NCBI GenBank assembly: GCA_938028625.1
Contig: CALIZB010000003.1
Coordinates: 12,103 to 76,102 of the forward strand
Direction of reading: 5' to 3'
DNA length: 64,000 bases
DNA from: an uncultured Bacteroidia bacterium
Lineage (GTDB): Bacteria; Bacteroidota; Bacteroidia; JANWVE01
The first letter of the stretch is position 1, and each line of letters starts with the position of its first letter. The translations under genes were made by a program, and so were the position numbers. Below the pieces are notes generated by a model. That model was not told where the DNA came from. It saw nothing but the letters and a program-made list of their open reading frames with translations, and did no database searches. Shown here one piece after another: positions 38,877 to 49,176 of the stretch.

Positions 38877-41126
38877 TTACTGCTTCATGATTTTATAAGT
38901 TTCGGAATATTGTTTTCCATCATAAAAACGAAGCATATAAAATCCTGTACTAAATTCGCTGATATTTACAGGAATAGAATATCTACCTGAAGTACTACCG
39001 ATATTGACTTTTTTCACTACTTTTCCATACATATCTAAAATTTCAAGATCTCCGTTCGTTTGTGTTGGGAAGTACATATCCAATTTTACTTCATCTTGTG
39101 CAGGATTAGGATACACACCTAAAATTGTGCTGTTAATATGCGTAGGAGCATAATCTATTTCAATGGGATTACCATAAGTATAACTACCATCTTTGGTTTT
39201 AGCATACACACGATAGAAAGTTTTACCTGGTATAGGTTGTGCATCTACAGATAAGTATGTATTTGCACCATTATAGGCTTGCTCATTTACAGGAAAATAA
39301 GTAGTTCCATCAGTAGAGCGTTCTACATAAAAAGTTTGTACATTCATTTCACCTGCTTCCCATTGTAAGTATACTTTATCATTTTGTAGGTTGCCTTTAA
39401 AGTTTATTATTTGTAAAGGTAGATTTAAACACACACTACAGCCTGATGGAGTAAAACGCCATGCTTCATTGGTAGTAGAAGGCCAAGCAGGAATAGCATT
39501 CCTGTTTGGTGCTGCGGGTACTACAGCTTGAGTACCATTATAGTTATGAAGCCCACAAATAGCATAATTATTGTTCCAACTAGGGCAGGAAGGCTTGTTA
39601 CCAATATGAACCTCTATTACATTATTTTGTTCAAATAAACGAATCTGTGTTCTTGCTAAAAGTGAATCACAAGCCGTGCTATACATAGGTACATTATCCC
39701 ATTTTACAGTAAATATACGATTAGGTGCGGTACCTGTGGCATTCGTTCTGATAGTACCTCCTACACTCGGATTCATATCCATCCATACACCAAGTATAGC
39801 ATTACGGGGTGCTTCTGTGGTATTAGGAATGTTCATAGTAATTACCCATCCAGAGGTAGCAGAAGGACTTGCATTGCCTGCAGGCATATTGGTAGCAGAA
39901 CAACTGGGAGAGTCAAAAATAATATAACCATTAGCAGAAATAAGCCCTTGGTTTATATTTGTTTGACCATCATAACAGAAAGGAAAACTGGTAGGAATAT
40001 ACGCAGAACTGAATACGTCGTCAGTGGTAAGGCCAGGTACCGCAGTACCTGTTGTCCAACTTTCAGGTGCATAGGTAATAGAAGATACTGTATATCCCCC
40101 CAAGCCCATATTACAACTTGTAAATCCCCCTGATGGCGCAGTAATACTTAAATTAGAATATGCATTACACGCAGGTGAAGCATAAGAGTCTAATACTAAA
40201 TAGTACGTTTGCCCAGCTACAACATTAGCACACATAGTTTTACTGCCTGTACTACTTTGTGCATACGCTACGCAAGTACCACAGCTAGGACAACCTTGGT
40301 AGAGCATTAAACCTGTCCATGTTCCTCCCGAAGTAAGCGTAATAGTAATATCACCCGATGTAGTAGGGGTAAATACCCATACTCTATCCTCACCTGTATA
40401 GTAATTAGAACTACCACATACCACAGAGTTAATAGATGTTTGGTCGTTTCCTTGCCCGCAGGTTGTTCCTGCACCAGAAGAGTAAGGTAAAGAAGCAATA
40501 TTGATAACTCCTGTACCTAACGCGCATGGGACAGGGGGTGCAGAGGTAACTTGGATATTATCAATAGCGCCAGGAGGCTGTGTTCCAATAGAACCATCAT
40601 TACGCCATGAGAATACCAAACGCATGGTAGTACCAGCAGCCGAACAAGGTAAAGTAAAATTTGCTAATTGGTATGTACTTTGTAAATTTAAGTTTCCACC
40701 AATTTGTCCTGTCGTGAGCATTGTTCCTGCCACAGGGGTAGTTGTAGTGGGAACTAAAAACACTTGGAGATAGTCACAACAGCCTTCGCCTTGTGCTTTC
40801 CATCTAAAAGAAAGTTGTATGTTAGTTTCTCCCGCAGGAAAAGCAATATCCCTATAAAAATGCACCACAGAAGAAGCGGCAATATCATAATTATAGGTTG
40901 TACCACCTGTATTAGAGATGTAGGCGTGCCTTGCGCCAGCAAAAGGGGCACCTACTGCCCCCACATACCATTGGTTAGTACCGCCATTAACTACCGTCCA
41001 GCCGTTAGCACCAAAAGTAGCTCCACTTTCAAATCCTCCGTTGGTAGTAGAATTAACTAATGTAGTTTGAGCATAGCCCAGTACAAAAGTGAACAAAAGA
41101 CAAGATAAGAGTATATGTTTTTTCAT
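38877..41126 (-). CDS. Secreted T9SS cargo protein with a type-A C-terminal sorting domain.
   Basis: It has a signal peptide and T/G/S-rich beta domains. The C-terminus is ...YPNPAQDEVKLDMYF...GFYMLRFYDGKQYSETYKIMKQ. Confidence 0.7.
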   Translation of the reverse strand: MKKHILLSCLLFTFVLGYAQTTLVNSTTNGGFESGATFGANGWTVVNGGTNQWYVGAVGAPFAGARHAYISNTGGTTYNYDIAASSVVHFYRDIAFPAGETNIQLSFRWKAQGEGCCDYLQVFLVPTTTTPVAGTMLTTGQIGGNLNLQSTYQLANFTLPCSAAGTTMRLVFSWRNDGSIGTQPPGAIDNIQVTSAPPVPCALGTGVINIASLPYSSGAGTTCGQGNDQTSINSVVCGSSNYYTGEDRVWVFTPTTSGDITITLTSGGTWTGLMLYQGCPSCGTCVAYAQSSTGSKTMCANVVAGQTYYLVLDSYASPACNAYSNLSITAPSGGFTSCNMGLGGYTVSSITYAPESWTTGTAVPGLTTDDVFSSAYIPTSFPFCYDGQTNINQGLISANGYIIFDSPSCSATNMPAGNASPSATSGWVITMNIPNTTEAPRNAILGVWMDMNPSVGGTIRTNATGTAPNRIFTVKWDNVPMYSTACDSLLARTQIRLFEQNNVIEVHIGNKPSCPSWNNNYAICGLHNYNGTQAVVPAAPNRNAIPAWPSTTNEAWRFTPSGCSVCLNLPLQIINFKGNLQNDKVYLQWEAGEMNVQTFYVERSTDGTTYFPVNEQAYNGANTYLSVDAQPIPGKTFYRVYAKTKDGSYTYGNPIEIDYAPTHINSTILGVYPNPAQDEVKLDMYFPTQTNGDLEILDMYGKVVKKVNIGSTSGRYSIPVNISEFSTGFYMLRFYDGKQYSETYKIMKQ

Positions 41127-41182
41127 AGATAGTTTGGATATAAGATTTCTTGTAAATAAAAATGTTAATATAAGTTTCAGAT

Positions 41183-41551
41183 TTATTGTTTGATAAACTC
41201 GTCTTTACACATAGACTCCACGTCAGCAAAATTTGACCATTTATGGAATATCTCGGCAGAAGGTGTAATCGCTTTAATAGCATTTTCAATAGCGGCGTTA
41301 TCTGCTTGAACATTGCGGTCAACATGCAACAACCATAGTTTTTGACTGTGGCACACTTTCATAAAGGTTACCCCATTTACCTGATTTAAAGCAGATTTAT
41401 ATGTATTCATTTGTTCAGGTGCGTAATTAAGTACTCCAAGAACAAGTTCTTCCGTGTTTGTCCCTTTGACAAACGTAGGCTGATAGCTGGTTTGTGCTTG
41501 TACAGCAAAACTAACCAACAAGATAGCAAATAAACATAATAAGTATTTCAT
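41183..41551 (-). CDS. Small secreted hypothetical protein (122 aa).
   Basis: The signal peptide is MKYLLCLFAILLVSFAVQAQ. No motif is recognised. Confidence 0.4.
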   Translation of the reverse strand: MKYLLCLFAILLVSFAVQAQTSYQPTFVKGTNTEELVLGVLNYAPEQMNTYKSALNQVNGVTFMKVCHSQKLWLLHVDRNVQADNAAIENAIKAITPSAEIFHKWSNFADVESMCKDEFIKQ

Positions 41552-41647
41552 AATTTACTAATGATAAAGTTATGCAAAGATAAAAAGTTTTTTTCAATTA
41601 TACAAAGAAAATGTATATCCTTATTTTGGGTTTTTTGTAAAAAATAT

Positions 41648-41677
41648 AAAAACCCACGTCAGTGTGGGTTTTTTGTG
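41648..41677 (-). terminator. Rho-independent (bidirectional) terminator after pdhA.
   Basis: aaaaacccacgtcagtgtgggtttttt is a perfect 8-bp stem with a 5-nt loop, an A-run on one side and a T-run on the other. Confidence 0.7.
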
Positions 41678-41697
41678 TGTAAAAAGTAAAAGTTATT

Positions 41698-42720
41698 TTA
41701 ATAATGTATATATGGATAGTTTGGTTCAGCGTACACATCTTTATAGAGTTCATCAGGAGTAGGAAAAGGAGACTCATCAGCAAATTTTACGCTTTCTTCT
41801 ACTATTTGATTTACTTTTTGCTCTATAGCTTCACACTGGGCTTCGGTAGCACCTGCTTCAATAGCCTCACGCTTTAGGTCCATGACAGGGTCAAGATTTT
41901 TAAACTGTTCCAACTCTTCTTTGGTGCGGTATTTAGCGGGGTCAGACATAGAATGCCCACGATAACGGTAGGTTTTAATTTCTAAAAAAGCAGGCCCATG
42001 TCCTTCTCTTGCTAATTGTACATATTTTTTTGTAGCTTCATACACATCACGAGTTTCCATACCATTAACCTGTTCAGAAGGCATATCATAAGCTAAACCC
42101 AGTTTATATATATCTGTAACATTAGAGGTGCGTTCTACAGAAGTTCCCATAGCATAGAGGTTATTTTCACAAATGAAGATAACAGGAAGTTTCCATAACA
42201 TAGCCATATTAAAAGCCTCGTGTAATGCGCCCTGGCGTACTGCGCCATCACCCATAAAACACACGCATACACTATCTTCCTTCATGTACTTAATTTTGAA
42301 GGCAATGCCTGCGCCAAGAGGAATTTGACCACCTACAATGCCATGTCCGCCCATAAAACGGTGCTCTTTGGAAAAAAGATGCATAGAACCACCTTTACCT
42401 TTGGAACAACCTGTAATTTTACCATACAATTCTGCCATAATGCTATTAGCAGACATACCTTTAGCTAAGGCCTGCCCGTGTTCACGATAAGCAGAAATCA
42501 TATAATCATCAGGGCGAAGTGCCGCAGCTACACCTACTGCTACCGCTTCCTGACCGATATACAAATGGCAGAATCCTCTGATTTTTTGCTGGGTCTGATA
42601 AATAAAACCTGCTTTTTCCTCAAATTTGCGCATCAGAAGCGCCTGTTCATACCAGTTGAGTAAAAGTTCTGCGGTATATTCTGTTTTATTTTCTTTTTTA
42701 CTTTGTGCTTTTTTAGCCAT
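41698..42720 (-). CDS. pdhA: Pyruvate dehydrogenase (acetyl-transferring) E1 component alpha subunit.
   Basis: The TPP-binding motifs are GQEAVAVG, YREHG and GDGAVRQGALHEAFNMAMLWKLPVIFICENNLYAMGT. The R..HS phosphorylation-loop equivalent is YRYRGHSMSD. Confidence 0.9.
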   Translation of the reverse strand: MAKKAQSKKENKTEYTAELLLNWYEQALLMRKFEEKAGFIYQTQQKIRGFCHLYIGQEAVAVGVAAALRPDDYMISAYREHGQALAKGMSANSIMAELYGKITGCSKGKGGSMHLFSKEHRFMGGHGIVGGQIPLGAGIAFKIKYMKEDSVCVCFMGDGAVRQGALHEAFNMAMLWKLPVIFICENNLYAMGTSVERTSNVTDIYKLGLAYDMPSEQVNGMETRDVYEATKKYVQLAREGHGPAFLEIKTYRYRGHSMSDPAKYRTKEELEQFKNLDPVMDLKREAIEAGATEAQCEAIEQKVNQIVEESVKFADESPFPTPDELYKDVYAEPNYPYIHY

Positions 42721-42824
42721 AGTACAAAGCTATAAAAAACCTGACCAAAACTCAAAAATTCTATCTAAAAAATCTTACTTTTATCTTGTTTATCTCTTAC
42801 AATCAATATAATACAATTTTTATT

Positions 42825-43121
42825 TTAATAAATTTCTACATCATATACAAGTTCTGTATTTACATATTGATTTATTTTTTCTTTAATCTCTTTTTTTCTG
42901 TAATACAATTCATTTCTCCAACAGCTGTTATTCATTTTTACATACAAGATTTTTTCCTTGAAAAACATATTTGTAGTATGATTGGCGGCACTTTCTCCTA
43001 CTATATTCTTCCATTCGGATATAATCAACTGGCGGTACATTTCTACATCTAACTTGCTTTCTTTAAGAAAAGAATGTATAGAATCAGATAGAGATATTTC
43101 TCCAAGAATACGGTTTTTCAT
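42825..43121 (-). CDS. DUF721-family small protein (the recF-associated gene).
   Basis: It is 98 aa. The start overlaps the recF stop by 4 nt, and the conserved W..I.G.....T position matches the classic recF-DUF721 arrangement. Confidence 0.55.
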   Translation of the reverse strand: MKNRILGEISLSDSIHSFLKESKLDVEMYRQLIISEWKNIVGESAANHTTNMFFKEKILYVKMNNSCWRNELYYRKKEIKEKINQYVNTELVYDVEIY

Positions 43122-44185
43122 AATTCAATAGATTGATAAGTAAAATTAGGTTTTAGTTCATTTAAACGGCTTTTTTGAGTATCTGTGATGAATATCTGTC
43201 CTTTGAGAGTATTAAGAAAAGTAAAAAGTTGAGTTAATCTTTGAGTATCTAATTTATCACAAATATCATCAAGGAGTAAAATGGGATTAGTTTTTTTTTG
43301 TTGTGCAAGATACGAATATTGTGCTAACTTTATAGATAAAGCAAACGTTTTTTGTTGTCCCTGTGAAGCAAAGCTCTTGACTGATAAGCCATTAATTTTA
43401 AACACAATTTCATCTTTGTGTACCCCTGATAAAGTTCTGCCTGCGGCTATATCCCTAGAATGGTGTTGAGATAAATAAGCCCTAAAATTTTCTTTATGAT
43501 GAGAAATATAACTCAATGAAGGACGCTCTACATGATTACAAATTTGATAATACACTTCCTCAAAAAATGATGTAAAAGTTTGGAAAAAGCTATCTCTGTA
43601 TGTATTTATGAGTTCTCCGTATCTTTCTAATAAACTATCATAAACACCTAACAAATCTGTTGAGTAAGTTTGTACATTTTCTTGTATTTGTTTGAGAAGT
43701 GCATTTCTTTGTTTTAAAGTTTTTTGATATTGACTTAACGCATTTAAGTATTCGGGGTGTAGTTGGCACAAAACAAGGTCAAAACTTCGTTTTTTCTCTT
43801 CATTACTTTCTATGAGTGCATATACATCATAAGGTGCAAAAAAAAGCATGCTAATTCTACCAATATGGCTACCCATATTTTTAACTAACTCTTGATTTAC
43901 CCATAATTTCTTTCCCATATGCACATGATATGCATAGCGTACAGAGTGTATGTCCGAGTCTGAACATTCTGCTTGTACAGTTGTGTACTCTTTGCCATAC
44001 ATTATGTTTTCTTTATCTAAATGCTGAAAGTAGCTTTTTGTAAATCCTAAACAATAGATAGCATCTAATATATTAGTTTTACCTGTACCATTTAGCCCCG
44101 ATATAAAGTTAATATCAGAGCTAAATGTAAAAAACTTGTCTAAATGATTTCTGAACTGTTCTAATTTTAGCGTTTTAATATACAC
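43118..44185 (-). CDS. recF: DNA replication and repair protein RecF.
   Basis: MYIKTLKLEQFRNH...FISGLNGTGKTNILDAIY is the Walker A motif. The SMC-like signature/Walker B is ILLLDDICDKLD. The protein is 355 aa. Confidence 0.9.
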   Translation of the reverse strand: MYIKTLKLEQFRNHLDKFFTFSSDINFISGLNGTGKTNILDAIYCLGFTKSYFQHLDKENIMYGKEYTTVQAECSDSDIHSVRYAYHVHMGKKLWVNQELVKNMGSHIGRISMLFFAPYDVYALIESNEEKKRSFDLVLCQLHPEYLNALSQYQKTLKQRNALLKQIQENVQTYSTDLLGVYDSLLERYGELINTYRDSFFQTFTSFFEEVYYQICNHVERPSLSYISHHKENFRAYLSQHHSRDIAAGRTLSGVHKDEIVFKINGLSVKSFASQGQQKTFALSIKLAQYSYLAQQKKTNPILLLDDICDKLDTQRLTQLFTFLNTLKGQIFITDTQKSRLNELKPNFTYQSIEL

Positions 44186-44201
44186 ACCACAAAAGTAAGA
44201 A

Positions 44202-44693
44202 TTACTCCGCGGTTAAGACTACTTCTGTATTGATTTCACCTTTTCCGTTTTTGTCATAAAAGCGTGCTTTGAAAAGATATTTTTTACCTGATTCCATAGG
44301 GTTACCCGTAGTAAAATACGCATCTAATATTTCAGCGTCTTCTGCGGAATACTCCCCTTTTAAGATATCCACAGCGTCTAACAAAGATTTACCTGTGGCT
44401 ACATCAATAATATACATATCCACACCAGGACTTACTTTACCACTGCTTAATTTCTTATATCCTTTTACTCCTGTTACTACAATAGCAAACTTATACTTGC
44501 CAAGCGGTACAGTATTTTTCCTGATTTTAGTCTTAGTTTCCACGTCCATAAGGTAATACTCCCCAACATTCAAACCTTTGTACTTGATTTTTAGCCCTGT
44601 AACAAGGTCTTTGGCACTACCTGACTGCGCAGAAACAGAATTTGAAAATGCGGATAACACACAAAGGGTTATCCATAAAACTATTTTGTTCAT
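44202..44693 (-). CDS. Secreted hypothetical protein (163 aa).
   Basis: The signal peptide is MNKIVLWITLCVLSAFSNSVSAQ. No motif is recognised. Confidence 0.4.
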   Translation of the reverse strand: MNKIVLWITLCVLSAFSNSVSAQSGSAKDLVTGLKIKYKGLNVGEYYLMDVETKTKIRKNTVPLGKYKFAIVVTGVKGYKKLSSGKVSPGVDMYIIDVATGKSLLDAVDILKGEYSAEDAEILDAYFTTGNPMESGKKYLFKARFYDKNGKGEINTEVVLTAE

Positions 44694-44792
44694 ACTTGCA
44701 AGTATGCCTTAAACACCTGAGTAAAACACTCTGAATATTGATTGACTTATGTTTTTATTTTGTAAAAATCGGCTAAAAGTTGGTAAAAGTAT

Positions 44793-44800
44793 TACTTTTG
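44793..44800 (+). promoter_or_regulatory. TAnnTTTG -7 box (tacttttg) for aroA. It lies inside the ORF-track 5' extension, which argues for the ATG 44807 start.
   Basis: The motif ends 6 nt before ATG 44807. Confidence 0.35.
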
Positions 44801-44806
44801 TATAGA

Positions 44807-46123
44807 ATGGACGTTTATCAGTTATATCCTAAAAGCCTCAGGGAAATTACTCTAACCTTACCCTGTTCCAAAAGCATAGTCAACAGAGTTATTCCGCTTT
44901 CTGTATATTTTAATGTACCCTTGCAGATAACTAATGTTACCTTAAACACTGATATTGAAACTTGCCTGAACAGTATTGCTAAAATGGGGTTTTTTGTAAA
45001 ATACAATCCTGAAACAAACACTTTGAAGATAGACAGGCAGTTAGACGTAAAAAAAGAAAAAATACATTTAGATGTAGGTCCTTCGGGTACTACTTTGAGG
45101 TTTATGACAGCATTAGCCCCTTTTTTAGGTTCAAAAATTCATATAGATGGTGATGAGACCCTAAAAAAACGCCCTATTCAAGATTTATTAGAGGTTTTAG
45201 AACAACAACTCGGGGTACAGGTTCAGTATCATGAAAAACACGGACATTTACCATTTACGCTTATTCCTACTTTGGATTTTCCAAAAACTAAACATCTCAC
45301 TGTAAAAGCCGATAAAAGTAGTCAGTTTGCTTCTGCACTATTGATGATTTTACCTTATTTAGGTCAAGGTGCTACCTTAACCTTGTGTCCTCCTGTATAT
45401 TCTTATTCTTACATTGAACTTACTTTACAAGTTATGCAAGAACTCGGCTTTGAAATACAAAAAAAAGATAATTACACTTATGAGTACGTAGGCAGACAAA
45501 TACCTGAAAAACAGATTTTCTATCATACAGAAGCAGACTGGTCTGCGGCTACTTTTTGGTATGGATATACGGCTTTATCAGGCAGAAAAACTACTTTAAT
45601 CGGACTTAATCCAAACAGCGTACAGGGAGAACGCAGTATTAAGCAAATTATGCAAAAAATGGGAATTCATTCTGAATTTAACACAAGCAATGAACTGGAA
45701 ATTCTTCCTGCACAAAGTCCTTTACAAGCCACAGACGCAGATTTAACCTTATTACCTGACGCTACTCCTATGTTAGCCGTATTATGTGCGTTTGCACAAG
45801 GTAAAAGCACATTTACAGGTTTGCAAACCCTGATATACAAAGAAACTGACCGCATACAGGCATTAGTGCAGGAACTTAAAAAAATGAACGTTAATGTAGA
45901 ATACGCTTCTAATAGCTTAACTATTTACGGCACACAACCTCAAAATGCTGTTATAGAAACCTATCAGGACCATAGAATAGCTATGGCTTTTGCTATGGCA
46001 GGAGTAAAAATACCCTATCTTTCCATACTTGAACCAAAGTGTGTAGAAAAATCTTATCCGAAATTTTGGGAACATTACAAACAAACAGGTATGCTTATTT
46101 TACACCGAAGAACTGTAATATAA
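44807..46123 (+). CDS. aroA: 3-phosphoshikimate 1-carboxyvinyltransferase (EPSP synthase).
   Basis: LDVGPSGTTLRFMTALAP is the EPSPS P-loop-like motif. DHRIAMAFAMAG is the conserved C-terminal motif. The ORF-track TTG start at 44780 is rejected. Confidence 0.85.
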   Translation: MDVYQLYPKSLREITLTLPCSKSIVNRVIPLSVYFNVPLQITNVTLNTDIETCLNSIAKMGFFVKYNPETNTLKIDRQLDVKKEKIHLDVGPSGTTLRFMTALAPFLGSKIHIDGDETLKKRPIQDLLEVLEQQLGVQVQYHEKHGHLPFTLIPTLDFPKTKHLTVKADKSSQFASALLMILPYLGQGATLTLCPPVYSYSYIELTLQVMQELGFEIQKKDNYTYEYVGRQIPEKQIFYHTEADWSAATFWYGYTALSGRKTTLIGLNPNSVQGERSIKQIMQKMGIHSEFNTSNELEILPAQSPLQATDADLTLLPDATPMLAVLCAFAQGKSTFTGLQTLIYKETDRIQALVQELKKMNVNVEYASNSLTIYGTQPQNAVIETYQDHRIAMAFAMAGVKIPYLSILEPKCVEKSYPKFWEHYKQTGMLILHRRTVI

Positions 46124-46226
46124 GCGTATTTATTGGTTAGCAACAAGATTAGTGATTAGCAGAATAACGAAGTAATCATGTGCTCAGCATGTCAAAATGA
46201 CCCCCTTATTTATTTCAAAAATTTCC

Positions 46227-46234
46227 TACATTTG
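46227..46234 (+). promoter_or_regulatory. TAnnTTTG -7 box (tacatttg) for the TPR-CHAT gene.
   Basis: The motif ends 5 nt before the GTG start at 46240. Confidence 0.3.
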
Positions 46235-46239
46235 CACTT

Positions 46240-49176
46240 GTGAAAGTATTTTTTATCGCCTTTTTACTTTACTTTACCTTATTTTGCACAGCGCAAACTT
46301 GGCAAAGTGCCTATGATAGCTGTAAAAAATATCAAGACTTACAACAATATAAAAAAGCCATTGAGTGGGGAGATAAAGCCTTAGAACTATATGAAAAACA
46401 AGTTTTAATGAAAGATACGAATTATAGTAATATTTTGAATAGACAAATTGAAAATTGTTATTATAGTGGTTTATACAAAAAAGGAGAGCTATATGCTAAA
46501 AAAGATAGTATTTGGTCAAAAAGCTATATTCAAGATTTAAGTAGATATTCTATTTCTTGCAATAATTTAGCATTGTTATACGAAGTTCAGGGTCATTACA
46601 CTGAAGCGGAGGCTCTCTTTAAAGAAACGAAAAGTATTTTAGAAAAAACACTAGGCAAAGAACATATTCAATATGCTACTACTTGCAATAATTTAGCAGT
46701 CTTATACAAAGAACAAGGTCGTTTCACTGAAGCCGAAGTTCTCTTTAAAGAAATCAAAAATACTCTACAAAAAGTACTCAGCAAAGAACATGTTGAGTAC
46801 GCTACCGCTTGCAATAATTTAGCTAATATGTACATATCTCAAGATCGTTATAATGAAGCCGAACCTTTGTATAAAGAAGCCAGAGCAATTCTAGAAAAAG
46901 TACTTAATAAAAAACATCCAGATTATGCTTCATCTTGCAATAATTTAGCCACATTGTATCACTCTCAAAGACGTTATAGTGAAGCCGAACCTTTGTATAA
47001 AGAAGCCAAGGCGATAAGAGAAAAAGTACTGGGCAAAGAACACCCCGATTATGCAGTTTCTTGCAATAATTTAGCCAATTTATACAAAGCTCAAGGTCGT
47101 TATAGTGAAGCCGAACTTTTGTATAAAGAAGCCAAAGCAATTTATGAAAAGATACTTGGCAAAAAACACCCTGATTATGCTAATTTATGCAATAATTTAG
47201 CTATTCTATACAAATCTCAAAGACTTTATAGTGAAGCTGAGATACTATACAAAGAGTCCAAAACGATTTATGAGAAAATACTTGGTACAGAACACCCAAA
47301 CTATGCAACTTGTTGTAACAATCTAGCAGAATTATACAAGGAACAAGGTCGTTATAGTAAAGCTGAGTCTCTTTTCAAGGAAGCAAAGGCTATTCGCGAA
47401 AAAATGCTTGGCAAAGAAAGCCCAAACTATGCGGCTTCTTGCAACAATTTAGCAGAATTATACAAAGAACAAGGTCGTTATGATGAAGCTGAAGCGCTAT
47501 GTAAAGAGTCTAAAACGATTTATGAAAAAATACTCGGTAGAGATCATCCTTCTTATGCTTTATCTTGCAGAAATTTAGCCCGTTTATACCATAAACAAGG
47601 TTTATACTATAGTGCAGAACCTTTATACATAGAGTCCATTCAAGTTAAGCAAAAAGAAATAGAAAAAAATTTCAAAGGGCTATCCGAAGCAGAAAAAGAA
47701 AAATATATAAAAGCAAACATAGAAGGTTTTTTTACTGATTTTCAATGTTTTGTGAGCAAACGTTATTTAGAAAATCCTTTTGTGGCAGGTTATGCCTATA
47801 ATCTTGCCATATTTACCAAAGGACTTATTCTAGAAAGTACTCAAAAAATTAAGAACCGTATTCTTAATAGCAAAGATGAAAATCTTAAAAATCTTTACCT
47901 TGAATGGAAACAAACCAAAGATAAATATGCTAAATTCCAAAATCTAACCATACAACAAAGATTACAGAAAAAAATCAATTTAGATAGTATAGAAAAACGT
48001 GCTAATGAATTAGAAAAAGAACTCGCTTCCAAAAGTGAAGATTTTGCGCATGTATTTATTTCAAAATCTGTTACTTGGCAAGATATACAATCTAAACTTG
48101 AACAAGACCAAGCCGCAATAGAAGTTATCAGAGTAGAATTAAACACAGATGATTATTTTTACATGATATTCTTTCTTAAAAAAGAAAGTAATTGCCCAAA
48201 AATGATAGTCCTGCAGAGTGATAGTTTAGAAAAAGAATATCTCATCAACTATAGAAGAAGTACTCGGCATAAACTATACGATCCTTACAGTTATAACGTC
48301 TTTTGGAAAAAAATTAAAGAAAAACTCAAAGATATAAAAACAGTGTATTTTTCTCCTGACGGGATATATCATCAAATTAACTTGCTTACCTTGCAAAACC
48401 CAGAAACGAAAAAATATGTATTTGATGAGATACAAATTATTAACGTAACCAATACCAAAGATATACTACAAAAACCTAAGAAACACTCTAAAAATAGTCA
48501 TCTAATAGGTAATCCTACGTTTAACTTAGGTATAGACACCAAAGGCAATGAAAAACCTGAAGAGTTCCATAGTATATCAAACTTATCCCAATTGCCAGGT
48601 GCAGAGAATGAAGTAAAACAAGTGGCTAACTATCTACCCAATTCTAAGCTTATTACAGGTAAAGAAGCTACCGAAGAATATGTAAAATACCTCAAAAATC
48701 CACGTATTTTGCATGTAGCCACACATGGGTACTTCAAAAAAGGACAATACCAAAGTAGTACTCAAGCTATGTTAAATGGGGGTTTGCTATTCGCAGGAGT
48801 AGTAGACTATGACCGTATGGAAATTCGTCCTTTTGATAAAGAAGACGGCAAACTTACGGCATTTGAAGTGATGAATATGGAATTAGACAGCACAGAGTTA
48901 GTAGTTTTATCTGCCTGCGAAACAGGTTTAGGAAAAGCAAGTAAAGAAGGAGTATATGGGTTACAACGAGCTTTTAAGGTAGCAGGTGCAGAGTGTATCA
49001 TTATGAGTTTATGGAAGGTAAATGATGAAGCTACGCAGTTACTGATGACTAAATTTTATGAAAATTGGCAGAAAAAAGGCATGAGTAAGCGTGTTGCTTT
49101 TGAAACTGCCCAAAAAGAAATTAGAAAACAATATAAAGAACCGTATTATTGGGGCGCTTTTGTGATGATTGAGTAA
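46240..49176 (+). CDS. Secreted TPR-repeat protein with a C-terminal CHAT (caspase-like) peptidase domain.
   Basis: The signal peptide is MKVFFIAFLLYFTLFCTAQ. It has about nine TPR_12-type repeats (CNNLAxLYKxQGRYSEAEPLYKEAKAIxEKxLGKEHPDYAxS). The CHAT catalytic dyad context is RILHVATHGYF (His) and LVVLSACETGLG (Cys). Confidence 0.8.
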   Translation: MKVFFIAFLLYFTLFCTAQTWQSAYDSCKKYQDLQQYKKAIEWGDKALELYEKQVLMKDTNYSNILNRQIENCYYSGLYKKGELYAKKDSIWSKSYIQDLSRYSISCNNLALLYEVQGHYTEAEALFKETKSILEKTLGKEHIQYATTCNNLAVLYKEQGRFTEAEVLFKEIKNTLQKVLSKEHVEYATACNNLANMYISQDRYNEAEPLYKEARAILEKVLNKKHPDYASSCNNLATLYHSQRRYSEAEPLYKEAKAIREKVLGKEHPDYAVSCNNLANLYKAQGRYSEAELLYKEAKAIYEKILGKKHPDYANLCNNLAILYKSQRLYSEAEILYKESKTIYEKILGTEHPNYATCCNNLAELYKEQGRYSKAESLFKEAKAIREKMLGKESPNYAASCNNLAELYKEQGRYDEAEALCKESKTIYEKILGRDHPSYALSCRNLARLYHKQGLYYSAEPLYIESIQVKQKEIEKNFKGLSEAEKEKYIKANIEGFFTDFQCFVSKRYLENPFVAGYAYNLAIFTKGLILESTQKIKNRILNSKDENLKNLYLEWKQTKDKYAKFQNLTIQQRLQKKINLDSIEKRANELEKELASKSEDFAHVFISKSVTWQDIQSKLEQDQAAIEVIRVELNTDDYFYMIFFLKKESNCPKMIVLQSDSLEKEYLINYRRSTRHKLYDPYSYNVFWKKIKEKLKDIKTVYFSPDGIYHQINLLTLQNPETKKYVFDEIQIINVTNTKDILQKPKKHSKNSHLIGNPTFNLGIDTKGNEKPEEFHSISNLSQLPGAENEVKQVANYLPNSKLITGKEATEEYVKYLKNPRILHVATHGYFKKGQYQSSTQAMLNGGLLFAGVVDYDRMEIRPFDKEDGKLTAFEVMNMELDSTELVVLSACETGLGKASKEGVYGLQRAFKVAGAECIIMSLWKVNDEATQLLMTKFYENWQKKGMSKRVAFETAQKEIRKQYKEPYYWGAFVMIE
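46555..47650 (+). repeat. Tandem, roughly 126-bp coding repeats (TPR units) inside the TPR-CHAT gene.
   Basis: The nucleotide-level periodicity is tgcaataatttagc...gaagccgaa(c/g)ctttgtataaagaagcc, repeated about 9 times. Confidence 0.8.

Noticed and set aside
44780-44806. The TTG start for aroA as given by the ORF track (MVKVLLLYR...).
   Set aside because: A TAnnTTTG promoter box lies inside this extension, and homology begins at MDVYQLYPKS. ATG 44807 is preferred.
46555-47650. Regularly spaced, roughly 126-bp nucleotide repeats, considered as a possible CRISPR-like or tandem-repeat array.
   Set aside because: The repeats are in-frame TPR units of a single long ORF. They are contiguous with no unique spacers, and there are no cas genes.
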